Source: a virus (lineage: Duplodnaviria > Caudoviricetes). From it: 49,003 nucleotides of DNA. How positions within the stretch are numbered: the stretch's first letter is position 1; every line of letters starts with the position of its first letter. The translations under genes were made by a program, and so were the position numbers. The stretch is from IMG/VR virus record IMGVR_UViG_3300009506_000052, positions 1 to 49,003 of that record. One strand, written 5' to 3'. Below are positions 8,859 to 17,379 of this stretch, piece by piece. The notes beneath the pieces were generated by a model. It had not been told where the DNA came from. It ran no database searches and saw only the letters and a list, made by a program, of their open reading frames with translations.

Positions 8859-8887
8859 ACCATACCACATCCTACGCAATATGTCAA
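8859..8887 (-). promoter_or_regulatory. sigma70-like early promoter
   Basis: TTGACA-17 nt-TATGGT. Confidence 0.7.
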
Positions 8888-8920
8888 CGTCCTGAATTGA
8901 CTTTATTCAGGACGTTGACA
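8882..8920. terminator. perfect 16-bp inverted repeat (terminator or operator)
   Basis: TGTCAACGTCCTGAAT-7 nt-ATTCAGGACGTTGACA. Confidence 0.55.
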
Positions 8921-8936
8921 AGTTTTGTTGCTGGCG

Positions 8937-9137
8937 CTATTTACCTACATACAGGTCGTGACGATTTCCTTTCTTGCGCTTTGCGTCATGCTCGCGGATA
9001 ATTGCCTTGGCAATCAGTTTTAGCTTTGCTATTTCTGTGTCAATGGCGGGACAAGCGCTATATTTCTGATAGCCCTCTGTAACTAACACTACATAGTCGA
9101 GGCAGCTCCGCACGTTTAGGAATCTTGGCTTTGGCAT
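8937..9137 (-). CDS. hypothetical protein (66 aa)
   Basis: AAGGAGCTGGAAAATG start. Confidence 0.7.
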   Translation of the reverse strand: MPKPRFLNVRSCLDYVVLVTEGYQKYSACPAIDTEIAKLKLIAKAIIREHDAKRKKGNRHDLYVGK

Positions 9138-9153
9138 TTTCCAGCTCCTTTCT

Positions 9154-9468
9154 TCAGAGGCCAAGGTCTTTAAGGAACGCCTGCGCGGCCTCGCGTTCTG
9201 CAGGCGCATTCGACTCGCGCTTAAGATTGCTGTTAGCAATCCACTGCACAATAGTTTTGATCTTGACGCCAGCGCGCCATTTCTCATAGGCGCGCACCAT
9301 TAGGTCAGTGTGGCCATACGTTGACTGGCCTAGCGCCATACGCAGCTCGCGCGGCAGCCGATCATATAGCTCCATGCGATTGATTGCGCCCTGACGTGGT
9401 GGCGTCGGCTCCGGCATTGGCATGGGCGGCGCTAGTCGCCGCTTGCGCCAATATGAATGATGGCTCAT
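9154..9468 (-). CDS. hypothetical protein (104 aa), ends FLKDLGL
   Basis: GAGGAGTCGG RBS. Confidence 0.7.
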   Translation of the reverse strand: MSHHSYWRKRRLAPPMPMPEPTPPRQGAINRMELYDRLPRELRMALGQSTYGHTDLMVRAYEKWRAGVKIKTIVQWIANSNLKRESNAPAEREAAQAFLKDLGL

Positions 9469-9558
9469 GGTGTGGTTCCGACTCCTCTGCAATACCGCCA
9501 CAATTAGCGGTATTGTGAAGGAGTCAGGGGCATTGCTGCCCCTGACCATTGACCGGGA

Positions 9559-9996
9559 TTAGATCAATCCATCCAAATCGACTGACGCGGCCTTCGCTTC
9601 CGCGACATTCTTTTCGGCCTGTTCGCGATACTTTTCGATCAGACCAACGGCCTTTTCGCGGATGGCCTTGGCGTCAACGTCAGCCAGTTTCTTTCCGGCC
9701 TTGCGGATGGCCGCGCGGATGGCCAATGTGGCCAGTCGGATGGCCTCGGCCCGCACCGGGTCGCCCTCGCGAGTCCCGGCAGCACGAACTTCACCGTTCA
9801 ACAATGCGGCCAATTTCTTTTCGGCCGTTTCGCGGGACTTTTCCACATAATCGTCGCTGGACTCTTTGGTGTGGCTTGCGTGGGAGTCCATGAGAATGTT
9901 ACGCAGTCCCATGTACACCACATGATCCATGACGTTTTCGGGCAGCGCGGATGTGTTTACATCCAGTTCAATGCCCTTACCGATGTTGACTTTCAT
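9559..9996 (-). CDS. first early gene (145 aa), paralog of 2431-2937
   Basis: GGAGTCGGTGAAATG start directly downstream of a promoter. Confidence 0.85.
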   Translation of the reverse strand: MKVNIGKGIELDVNTSALPENVMDHVVYMGLRNILMDSHASHTKESSDDYVEKSRETAEKKLAALLNGEVRAAGTREGDPVRAEAIRLATLAIRAAIRKAGKKLADVDAKAIREKAVGLIEKYREQAEKNVAEAKAASVDLDGLI

Positions 9997-10047
9997 TTCA
10001 CCGACTCCGATTTTGTGACCCGGCACCATTGCCCGATCAACACGCGA

Positions 10048-10076
10048 AACGTACCACGGGCGCAGCGCCCGGTCAA
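10048..10076 (-). promoter_or_regulatory. sigma70-like early promoter
   Basis: TTGACC-17 nt-TACGTT. Confidence 0.6.
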
Positions 10077-10109
10077 TACTTATTTGAGCAACATTATTGC
10101 TATTTTCCG

Positions 10110-10545
10110 ACGATATCCCCACACCACCCCGACCACATCCCCACAATGTCACGTTTTGAACTGTGAGCCATATCATCAACTGGCCGCGCCACCAGTGGAA
10201 TTAAAAAAAAAAAAAAAAAAAAAAACTACTAAGAGTGCCACAAGGCCTCGGTATGGTCAATGAGTCAAAATGTCGCATTGTGGGGATGATGTGGGGATAC
10301 CGTGGGGATGATGTGGACACTGTTGCAAAGTGTAGCCTTGGCTACATTTTGTGGCCAGTGTTGGGTATGGTCGCCACGTTGGCCGCGCGGTATGGTCAAT
10401 GGACTGATTGCGAATGACTCGCAACTGTCGAAATTCGCCGCGCGGTCGTTCGAGGCCCCCCACCCCCAAAATTTCGGGCCTCGCGCGCGGGGGAATACCC
10501 CTCGCAAAAGTTGTGTGGAAAAGTCAAAGGTATGGTCCTCTTGCT
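10110..10545. repeat. non-coding repeat region, putative replication origin / packaging region
   Basis: 5 copies of GTGGGGAT in inverted arrangement around A23; 4 copies of GGTATGGTC; short palindromes. Confidence 0.65.
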
Positions 10546-10592
10546 GCATATGGTTCCACGGCGGCTTCGGTGAAGGGTCCATATGTTGTGTA

Positions 10593-10621
10593 TTGACCCG
10601 ATCCGGGCACAAGCGTATCAT
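10593..10621 (+). promoter_or_regulatory. sigma70-like promoter for the packaging/virion arm
   Basis: TTGACC-17 nt-TATCAT. Confidence 0.7.
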
Positions 10622-10649
10622 GCCGCCTGGGAAATCGGGAGACTCTGCC

Positions 10650-11282
10650 GTGGACTTGGCGTTGGACCTTACCCGATCCTCTGGTCGCGCCGCGAAGGCG
10701 GTAAGCGTGGAGATCGTCCGTGAACTGACGTCGGCTGACCTTGCGCTCTTGGAGACGGAGCGCGGGATCAAGCCCTCGTCGATTAAGCGGCTCCGGGACG
10801 CTCATCACGCGATGGCCCGGCTAATAGCGCAGGGACTCTCCGGAACCGAGATCTCGATCATTACCGGATATAGTCAGTCCCGCATTTCGATCCTCAAGGC
10901 CGACCCGACCTTTTCCGATCTCGTCACCTTTTACAAGAACAACCTCGAGGCGCTCCGCGATGCGGCCTTCGCTGATGGCCAAGTTAAGATGGCCGCGGTG
11001 CGGAATGACCTTATTGAAGAGCTTCACGACCGAGTCCTAGACGCTCCAGAAACTTTGTCAACCGATCAAATCCTGGATGGCATCAAAGTTACTTCTGATC
11101 GAACGGGGCTCGGTCCGCAATCAAAGTCCACCAACGTCAATGTTAATGTAGATCTCGCCGCGCGAGTCGCTGCTGGACGACAGCGGGTCGAACGGCTGAG
11201 CGCAGCGCCTGGTGGCGGCGCTGAAAACCCCGGTCAGCGTGTCCTTCCTGCGCTGACCGGGGAGGCGGTGAAGGATGAGTGA
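10650..11282 (+). CDS. terminase small subunit (HTH)
   Basis: GTG with GGAGA RBS; HTH-like GLSGTEISIITGYSQSRIS; directly upstream of TerL. Confidence 0.7.
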   Translation: MDLALDLTRSSGRAAKAVSVEIVRELTSADLALLETERGIKPSSIKRLRDAHHAMARLIAQGLSGTEISIITGYSQSRISILKADPTFSDLVTFYKNNLEALRDAAFADGQVKMAAVRNDLIEELHDRVLDAPETLSTDQILDGIKVTSDRTGLGPQSKSTNVNVNVDLAARVAAGRQRVERLSAAPGGGAENPGQRVLPALTGEAVKDE

Positions 11283-12789
11283 AGACATTGCGGTTGAGCT
11301 GAGCGCCCACACGAACGATCCGCTCGCCTTCGTGATGTTTTCCTTTCCCTGGGGCGAAGAGGGAACCGAACTCGAGCGGTTCCATGGACCAGAAGATTGG
11401 CAACGCGACGTTCTTCTCTATATCCGCGACGGCATTGCCAAGTTCCATGACCCTGGCAAGACAATCCAAGAAGCGATCCAGCTTGCTGTCGCATCCGGCC
11501 ACGGCGTAGGCAAATCGGCACTCGTGGCCTGGATCATCTTATGGGCTATATCAACCTTCGAGGACACGCGCGGCGTCGTTACAGCTAACACGGAAACACA
11601 GCTCAAGACCAAAACTTGGGCTGAACTTGGTAAGTGGCATCGCCTGTTCATCGGCCACGACCTATTCAAGATGACCGCCACCGCGATCTTCTCGATGGAC
11701 CCGAACCACGAACGGACATGGCGAATAGATATGGTGCCTTGGTCCGAGCAGAACCAAGAAGCCTTCGCAGGCCTCCATAACAAAAACAAGCGGATCATTC
11801 TAATAATGGACGAGGCCTCTGCCATTCCCGATATTATCTGGGAAACATCGGAAGGCGCCCTGACCGACTCCAATACTCAGATCATCTGGTGCGTGTTCGG
11901 AAACCCGACCAGAAACACTGGAAGGTTCCGTGAGTGCTTCGGAAGGTACAATCACGTCTGGTGGAACCGCCAAGTTGACTCGCGAGAAGTCTCGATCACC
12001 AACAAAGACCAATTCACGAAGTGGATCAGGGACTATGGAGACGACTCGGATTTTGTCAGAGTCCGCGTTCGCGGAGTGTTTCCGCGCGCCGGTTCTTTAC
12101 AGTTCATCCCCTCAGATATCACCGATGAGGCTGCGCAACGGGACATACTTGTACATACTTACGACCCCTTCGTTATTGGAGTCGATGTGGCTCGCTTCGG
12201 TGACGACGAAAGCGTTATCTACATCAGAAAAGGTAGAGATGGCCGATCGATTCCTCCAGTGCGTTTCAGAGGCATTGATACAATGACCCTTGCGGGTAAG
12301 GTCGTCGAACTTGCGGAGAATTATCATGCCGACGCAGTATTTATTGACGGAGGGGGAGTCGGTGGCGGTGTCGTTGATCGTTGCAGACAACTGCGAGCCA
12401 ACGTCATTGATGTTCAATTCGGATCGAAGCCTAGTGGGATTGGTTTCGCCCAGGACGACTCCGGAACCATATATGCTAATAAGCGGGCCGAGATCTGGGG
12501 ATCAATGCGGGAGTGGCTCAAAAACGGTGGTTGTATCCCCAACATTAGTGAGTTGAAGGAACAACTGACCGGCCTCGAATACGGCTTCAATAACAAGAAC
12601 CAAATCCAACTCGAGCGGAAAGAGGATATGAAGAAGCGCGGGCTCGACAGCCCCGACCTCGCCGACGCACTCGCCCTGACCTTTGCTTTCCCGGTCGCCG
12701 CCAACCTGCACGCCGGACAGATGGGACCGCAGAAGCAACCAGTGGAAAGCGAGTATAATCCATTCGATGAAAAGATGATGGTGGCCTAA
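11275..12789 (+). CDS. terL: terminase large subunit
   Basis: ASGHGVGKS (Walker A), IMDEAS (Walker B), GNPTR, GVDVARFGDD, SPDLADALALTF. Confidence 0.95.
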   Translation: MSEDIAVELSAHTNDPLAFVMFSFPWGEEGTELERFHGPEDWQRDVLLYIRDGIAKFHDPGKTIQEAIQLAVASGHGVGKSALVAWIILWAISTFEDTRGVVTANTETQLKTKTWAELGKWHRLFIGHDLFKMTATAIFSMDPNHERTWRIDMVPWSEQNQEAFAGLHNKNKRIILIMDEASAIPDIIWETSEGALTDSNTQIIWCVFGNPTRNTGRFRECFGRYNHVWWNRQVDSREVSITNKDQFTKWIRDYGDDSDFVRVRVRGVFPRAGSLQFIPSDITDEAAQRDILVHTYDPFVIGVDVARFGDDESVIYIRKGRDGRSIPPVRFRGIDTMTLAGKVVELAENYHADAVFIDGGGVGGGVVDRCRQLRANVIDVQFGSKPSGIGFAQDDSGTIYANKRAEIWGSMREWLKNGGCIPNISELKEQLTGLEYGFNNKNQIQLERKEDMKKRGLDSPDLADALALTFAFPVAANLHAGQMGPQKQPVESEYNPFDEKMMVA

Positions 12790-12954
12790 ATGCTGAAGCC
12801 CCCGGAAATCCCAGCTGCACCTCCACCGCCTCCGATGTTCGGAGAGATACAGGGCTCGCGTCCAACTAGGAAGCCCATGACGCCGACATTCCTTGGTTCT
12901 TCCGCAACGCCGACTGGATCACAGCTCGGCGGGGCTACATTGTTAGGTCAATAA
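12790..12954 (+). CDS. small Pro-rich virion protein (54 aa, ends ATLLGQ)
   Basis: Own translation; pre-portal position and TLLG end typical of podoviruses. Confidence 0.65.
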   Translation: MLKPPEIPAAPPPPPMFGEIQGSRPTRKPMTPTFLGSSATPTGSQLGGATLLGQ

Positions 12955-14687
12955 TGGCAGAGCCAGCAAACAGAACGCTCGTCGGTCCCGATCGGGAGTT
13001 ACGACTCCACGTTGAGGGCCTTCTAATGGGCCTTCGTGTGAACCGCTATTCTTGGTGGACTCACGCGCGCGAGCTGGCCGATTACATCTTGCCGCGCCGA
13101 TATAAGTGGCTGATCACGCCAAACCAGATGGCTCGTGGGTCGCCTATCAACCAGCACATCTTGGACTCGACTGGAACTTTGGCCGCGCGCAATCTCGCCA
13201 GTGGTATTATGTCTGGCGTCTCATCTCCGATCCGCCCATGGATCAAGTTAAAGATCAACCGGATCGACTCGACCCAAACCAGCCCGATTAGCCTGTGGCT
13301 TGCCGAATGCGAGCGGCTGATGAACCTCGTGTTTAGCGAGTCGAACTTCTACAACTCCATCGCAACATTCTATTTCGACCTCGTTGTTTTCGGGACCGGC
13401 GTTATGCTGATTTTCGAGGACTTCGACAACGTAATCAACTGCGTTAATCCGTGCTTCGGCGAGTACTACCTCGACATTGATGGCAAGTACCGACCGACCA
13501 CATTCCTGCGCGAGTTCACTTTCACTGTCAAATCCGTGGTGGACGAGTTCGGTTACGAGAACTGCTCGCCAGCGGTCCAAAAGCTTTACGACAGCGGCGG
13601 TTCCTCTTGGACTCGTGAACTGGTTGTCGCCCATTGTATCGAGCCAAATGTCGAACCACGCAAGTACGGCTTCGATCCAAAGTTCGCGTTCCGCGAGTGT
13701 TATTGGGAATGGGGCGGCTCGGCCTCGCCACAGGGCGGCTCGTCCTACGCCTACGGCTTCCTCCGCAAGCGCGGTTACTACGATCAGCCCAATGTCGCGG
13801 TTCGCTGGGACTTGGTAGCGAACGATGCATACGGTCGCAGCCCCGCGATGGACGCACTCCCCGACATTAAGCAACTCCAGCAGGAAGTCCGGCGCAAGGC
13901 ACAGGCCATCGACAAGGTTGTTAATCCGCCGATGGTCGCTGACGTTCAGTTAAAGAACCAGCCTGCCTCGCTGTTGCCGGGCGGCGTTACCTACGTCGCT
14001 GGAATGATGCAGTCCACCAATCCCGGCTTCAAGTCCGTCTACGACGGCTGGCGTCCTGACATTAACGCAATGTCGCAAGACCTAATCGAAATTCGGGACC
14101 GGATCAAGAAGATCTTCTTCAACGATCTATTCCAGACCGCATCGCAATTCGAGACCCGCTCCAACGTCACCGCGGCCGAGTGGGATATGCGCCGATCGGA
14201 GTCCCTGATTATGCTCGGCCCGGTCTTCGAGCGGATTTACTTCGAAGGTCTGAAAGTAATGACCGAGAGGACCTTCGGGATCATGTCTCGGGCGGGCATC
14301 TTTCCGCCCGCCCCTGCTTCTATCCGTGGTGCTCCGATCAACATTGAGTTCATCTCGATGCTGTCCGTAGCCCAAGAGGCAACTGCCTCAGTCGGCATCG
14401 AACGGCTCTTCCAGATGACCGGGAGCCTCGTCGGTGTCGATCCTGCGGTCATGGACAATGTGGACGTTGACTACAGCATTAGCAAGTACTCGTACTTGAT
14501 GCACAACGATCCGAAGCTGATCCGGTCGCCCGCGCAGCTCGCTCAGATCAGGCAGCGCCGAGAACAGCAGATGCAAATGCAACAGCAGGCCGAGATGGCC
14601 GAGAAACTAGCGCAAGGCGCTAAGACTCTATCCGAGACCCAGGTCGGTGGTGGTCAAAACGCTCTTGAGTCGATGATGGGCACATGA
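12954..14687 (+). CDS. portal / head-tail connector (T7 gp8 / BPP-1 Bbp21 type)
   Basis: DSTG..AA..LASG, DLVVFGTG, YGRSPAMDAL, TA.E...R..E...LGPV; Q-rich C-terminus. Confidence 0.92.
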   Translation: MAEPANRTLVGPDRELRLHVEGLLMGLRVNRYSWWTHARELADYILPRRYKWLITPNQMARGSPINQHILDSTGTLAARNLASGIMSGVSSPIRPWIKLKINRIDSTQTSPISLWLAECERLMNLVFSESNFYNSIATFYFDLVVFGTGVMLIFEDFDNVINCVNPCFGEYYLDIDGKYRPTTFLREFTFTVKSVVDEFGYENCSPAVQKLYDSGGSSWTRELVVAHCIEPNVEPRKYGFDPKFAFRECYWEWGGSASPQGGSSYAYGFLRKRGYYDQPNVAVRWDLVANDAYGRSPAMDALPDIKQLQQEVRRKAQAIDKVVNPPMVADVQLKNQPASLLPGGVTYVAGMMQSTNPGFKSVYDGWRPDINAMSQDLIEIRDRIKKIFFNDLFQTASQFETRSNVTAAEWDMRRSESLIMLGPVFERIYFEGLKVMTERTFGIMSRAGIFPPAPASIRGAPINIEFISMLSVAQEATASVGIERLFQMTGSLVGVDPAVMDNVDVDYSISKYSYLMHNDPKLIRSPAQLAQIRQRREQQMQMQQQAEMAEKLAQGAKTLSETQVGGGQNALESMMGT

Positions 14688-15139
14688 GTTATAATGCTGG
14701 CGAACGCAAAGACGTTAGGAAACTCGAGAAGGCGGCGCGGCTTGCTGATACGCAACGCCATGACTTTATCCGTGGTGTTATGTCTCTTGCTCCTGGCCGC
14801 GCTTGGGTGCATGATCGTCTTGAGGCTTGCCACATCTTTAGAACGTGCTTCTCGTCCGATCCGCTTAAGATGGCATTCTTGGAAGGTGAACGCTCGCAGG
14901 GTCTGCAAATACTCAACGACATTATGCAGTCCTGCCCCGAACAATATACTGTGATGATGAGAGAAAGGAACGAACGCAATGCCGCCAGAGACACCACTAC
15001 CGAACGAAGCAGCAGCGAGGACGGAAACGGGGGAGATCAAGGACGCTCAGGCGACACCGACCCCGACCCCAGCAGAAGCAGCGACGACGGAGTCTTCGAC
15101 ACCAGCCGCTTCGTCGACTACGGAGTCCAAAAGCAGTGA
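14684..15139 (+). CDS. Bbp19-like protein
   Basis: GRAWV..RLE.CH.F...F..D...MAF.EGER..GL pattern; position after portal. Confidence 0.7.
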   Translation: MSYNAGERKDVRKLEKAARLADTQRHDFIRGVMSLAPGRAWVHDRLEACHIFRTCFSSDPLKMAFLEGERSQGLQILNDIMQSCPEQYTVMMRERNERNAARDTTTERSSSEDGNGGDQGRSGDTDPDPSRSSDDGVFDTSRFVDYGVQKQ

Positions 15140-15701
15140 GCAACCTGAGGCCAGCGCCACTACTGAGTCCTCACTCCTCAACAAAGAGGAAAAGGTCGCG
15201 GAAGGTGCTCCCGAAAGCTACAAAGACTTCACCGTCCCCGAGGGCTTCGAAATCCCGGAAGAGTCCTCGAAAGAGATAAATGCGCTGTTTAAGGACTTGA
15301 ACCTTTCGCAGGAAGCAGGACAGAAGCTCGTGGACTTCTACGCGAAGAACGCAATCGAGGCGCGACAGGCTCCCGAGAAGCTTTGGGAGTCCACTCGTCA
15401 GGATTGGGTCAACGCCGTCGCTGCCGACAAAGAACTTGGAGATCTTAAGAACGTCAAGACCTCTATCGGAAGGATGCTTGACACTCTTGGGGACGCCCAA
15501 CTCGTTAAGAGCTTCCGCGAAGCAATGGATATTACAGGCGCGGGCGACAACCCGGCCTTCATCAAAACCTTCTTCCGCCTTTCGCAACGTCTCGGAGAAG
15601 GTACGAATGTCGTTGGAAAGGGACCGTCGCCGCATGGCCAGCAGGCCCCCGACGCCCGACCAGCAACTGGAGCTAAGGCGCTCTATCCGAACTTGCCGTA
15701 A
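14979..15701 (+). CDS. capsid scaffolding protein
   Basis: Acidic low-complexity N-terminus, APESY.DF.VPEG, LSQEAGQKLVD, G.G.NP, ends ALYPNL. Confidence 0.8.
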   Translation: MPPETPLPNEAAARTETGEIKDAQATPTPTPAEAATTESSTPAASSTTESKSSEQPEASATTESSLLNKEEKVAEGAPESYKDFTVPEGFEIPEESSKEINALFKDLNLSQEAGQKLVDFYAKNAIEARQAPEKLWESTRQDWVNAVAADKELGDLKNVKTSIGRMLDTLGDAQLVKSFREAMDITGAGDNPAFIKTFFRLSQRLGEGTNVVGKGPSPHGQQAPDARPATGAKALYPNLP

Positions 15702-15782
15702 CCCAGCCTCAGAGAGGATGAAACGCGTAGCGCAGATGGGAACCGGATCGTGAACCCTCAAACCAACAGAAGGAAGCCATAA

Positions 15783-16826
15783 ATGGCAACCTACGGATCA
15801 ACCGCATTAACCTATGCGGATTGGGCTAAGAGAATGGAGGATGGTTATCGTGTCGCCACGATTATCGAACTCCTCTCTCAGACCAATGAAATTCTCGAGG
15901 ATATGCTCGTCCTCGAGGGCAATCTGCCCACAGGGCATAAAACGACGGTTCGCACTGGTATCCCACAAGGTACCTGGCGCCTCTTAAACCAAGGCGTCCC
16001 GAACGCGAAGTCAACCACCGCGCAGATCACTGACACCTGCGGTAACTTGGAAACCTATTCCGTTATCGACAAGGATATCGCTGACCTGAACGGCAACACC
16101 GCTGAGTTCCGGCTGTCGGAAGTTCGCGCCTTTCTCGAAGGCCTTTCGCAGCAAGTCTCGGCTACCCTCATCTACGGCAACCAGTTCGTGAACCCGGAGC
16201 GGTTTACTGGCTTCGCCCCGCGATATTCGACTATCACGGCAGCGAACGCACAGACCGCTGCGAATGTGCTGGATGCCGGTGGCCTCAGCAACACCAATAC
16301 GTCGATCTGGCTCGGTGTGTGGGGCTCCGACACCTGTCACGCAACCTTCCCGAAGGGAAAGATCACTGGCCTCCAGCACCGCGATATGGGTGAATGGCCT
16401 GTGACCGACTCGGTGGGCAACACTTACCAAGCCTACCGCGACCACTTCAAGTGGGAAATCGGTTTGGTTATGCGTGACTGGCGCTATTGGACTCGCATCG
16501 CCAATATCGACGTAACTCAGCTGACCGGCGTCTCTGCCGCGAACCTGATCAACCTGATTGTTCGAGCCCTGTACCGCTTGCCAACGCAGCCGGTCAGTGC
16601 CGGTTCGATCCAGACTTCGGACACTCCCGAGGTTCGGGCGAACATGGGGCGAACGGTTATCTACTGCAACCGTATTGTTCGCACCTATCTCGACCTCCAG
16701 GCCATGAACAAAACCAACGTGCTCCTCCGGATCGAGGAGTTCGATGGCAAACCTGTCACGACCTTCCGTGGCATCCCGGTTCGCACTTGCGATGCGATCC
16801 TCAACAACGAAGCACAGGTGACCTGA
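15783..16826 (+). CDS. major capsid protein (BPP-1 Bbp17 type)
   Basis: TxADWAKR, ELLSQTNEILED, TTVRTG.P...WR, FRG.PVR.CDAILN.E. Confidence 0.92.
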   Translation: MATYGSTALTYADWAKRMEDGYRVATIIELLSQTNEILEDMLVLEGNLPTGHKTTVRTGIPQGTWRLLNQGVPNAKSTTAQITDTCGNLETYSVIDKDIADLNGNTAEFRLSEVRAFLEGLSQQVSATLIYGNQFVNPERFTGFAPRYSTITAANAQTAANVLDAGGLSNTNTSIWLGVWGSDTCHATFPKGKITGLQHRDMGEWPVTDSVGNTYQAYRDHFKWEIGLVMRDWRYWTRIANIDVTQLTGVSAANLINLIVRALYRLPTQPVSAGSIQTSDTPEVRANMGRTVIYCNRIVRTYLDLQAMNKTNVLLRIEEFDGKPVTTFRGIPVRTCDAILNNEAQVT

Positions 16827-16827
16827 C

Positions 16828-17379
16828 ATGATCCTTGATGGACAACTGCTCTTCACAGGCGGGACGACTGGTATCGCAGTTTCCGGTACCAATTACGATC
16901 TGCCGACGACGGGCACCCAGAACAGCACCAACATTATCGACCTGCATATGTCAGGGCTGCCGGTGTTGGCGAACTTGCAGGGTGCTCGCGATATGGGAGT
17001 CGGTGATGACCCGGCCCTCAAAATGCTGATCCAGGTTACGACCACCATCGCTGGTGGCACGAGCTTGATCGTCAAGCTGCAAGGCGCTCCGGACAACGGC
17101 TCTGGCGCTCCCGGCAGCTATGCCGATTGGTGGACCAGCCCAACGTATGCCGAAGCGACCTTGGTCGCTGGCGCGCGCCTGTACGATATGGATATGCCGC
17201 GACCCCCAGCGGGTATTGGTGTTCCACGCTTCCTGCGCTTGGGTTATGTGAGCGCCGGAACGCACACTTCAGGCGCCCTCCTCGGCACGATCGTTCTTGA
17301 TCGTATGGACCAGATGTATCAGGGCACCAGCAATGCTGTCATGGGTGGATACCCTGCTGGCATTACGGTGGCAAACTGA
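16828..17379 (+). CDS. capsid cement/decoration protein (Bbp16-like)
   Basis: MILDxxLLF, STNxIDL, RFLRLxY; follows MCP. Confidence 0.85.
   Translation: MILDGQLLFTGGTTGIAVSGTNYDLPTTGTQNSTNIIDLHMSGLPVLANLQGARDMGVGDDPALKMLIQVTTTIAGGTSLIVKLQGAPDNGSGAPGSYADWWTSPTYAEATLVAGARLYDMDMPRPPAGIGVPRFLRLGYVSAGTHTSGALLGTIVLDRMDQMYQGTSNAVMGGYPAGITVAN

Noticed and set aside
10249-10401. Mini CRISPR array
   Set aside because: Repeats are only 8-15 bp, irregularly spaced and partly inverted
10302-10649. N-terminal 116 aa of the listed 326-aa ORF
   Set aside because: Runs through the repeat region and upstream of the promoter at 10593; GTG 10650 has an RBS
16011-16892. Long antisense ORFs (for example 16011-16892, 37241-38089, 34614-35324, 48174-48947)
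   Set aside because: Shadow frames opposite well-supported genes in GC-rich, codon-biased DNA; no motifs
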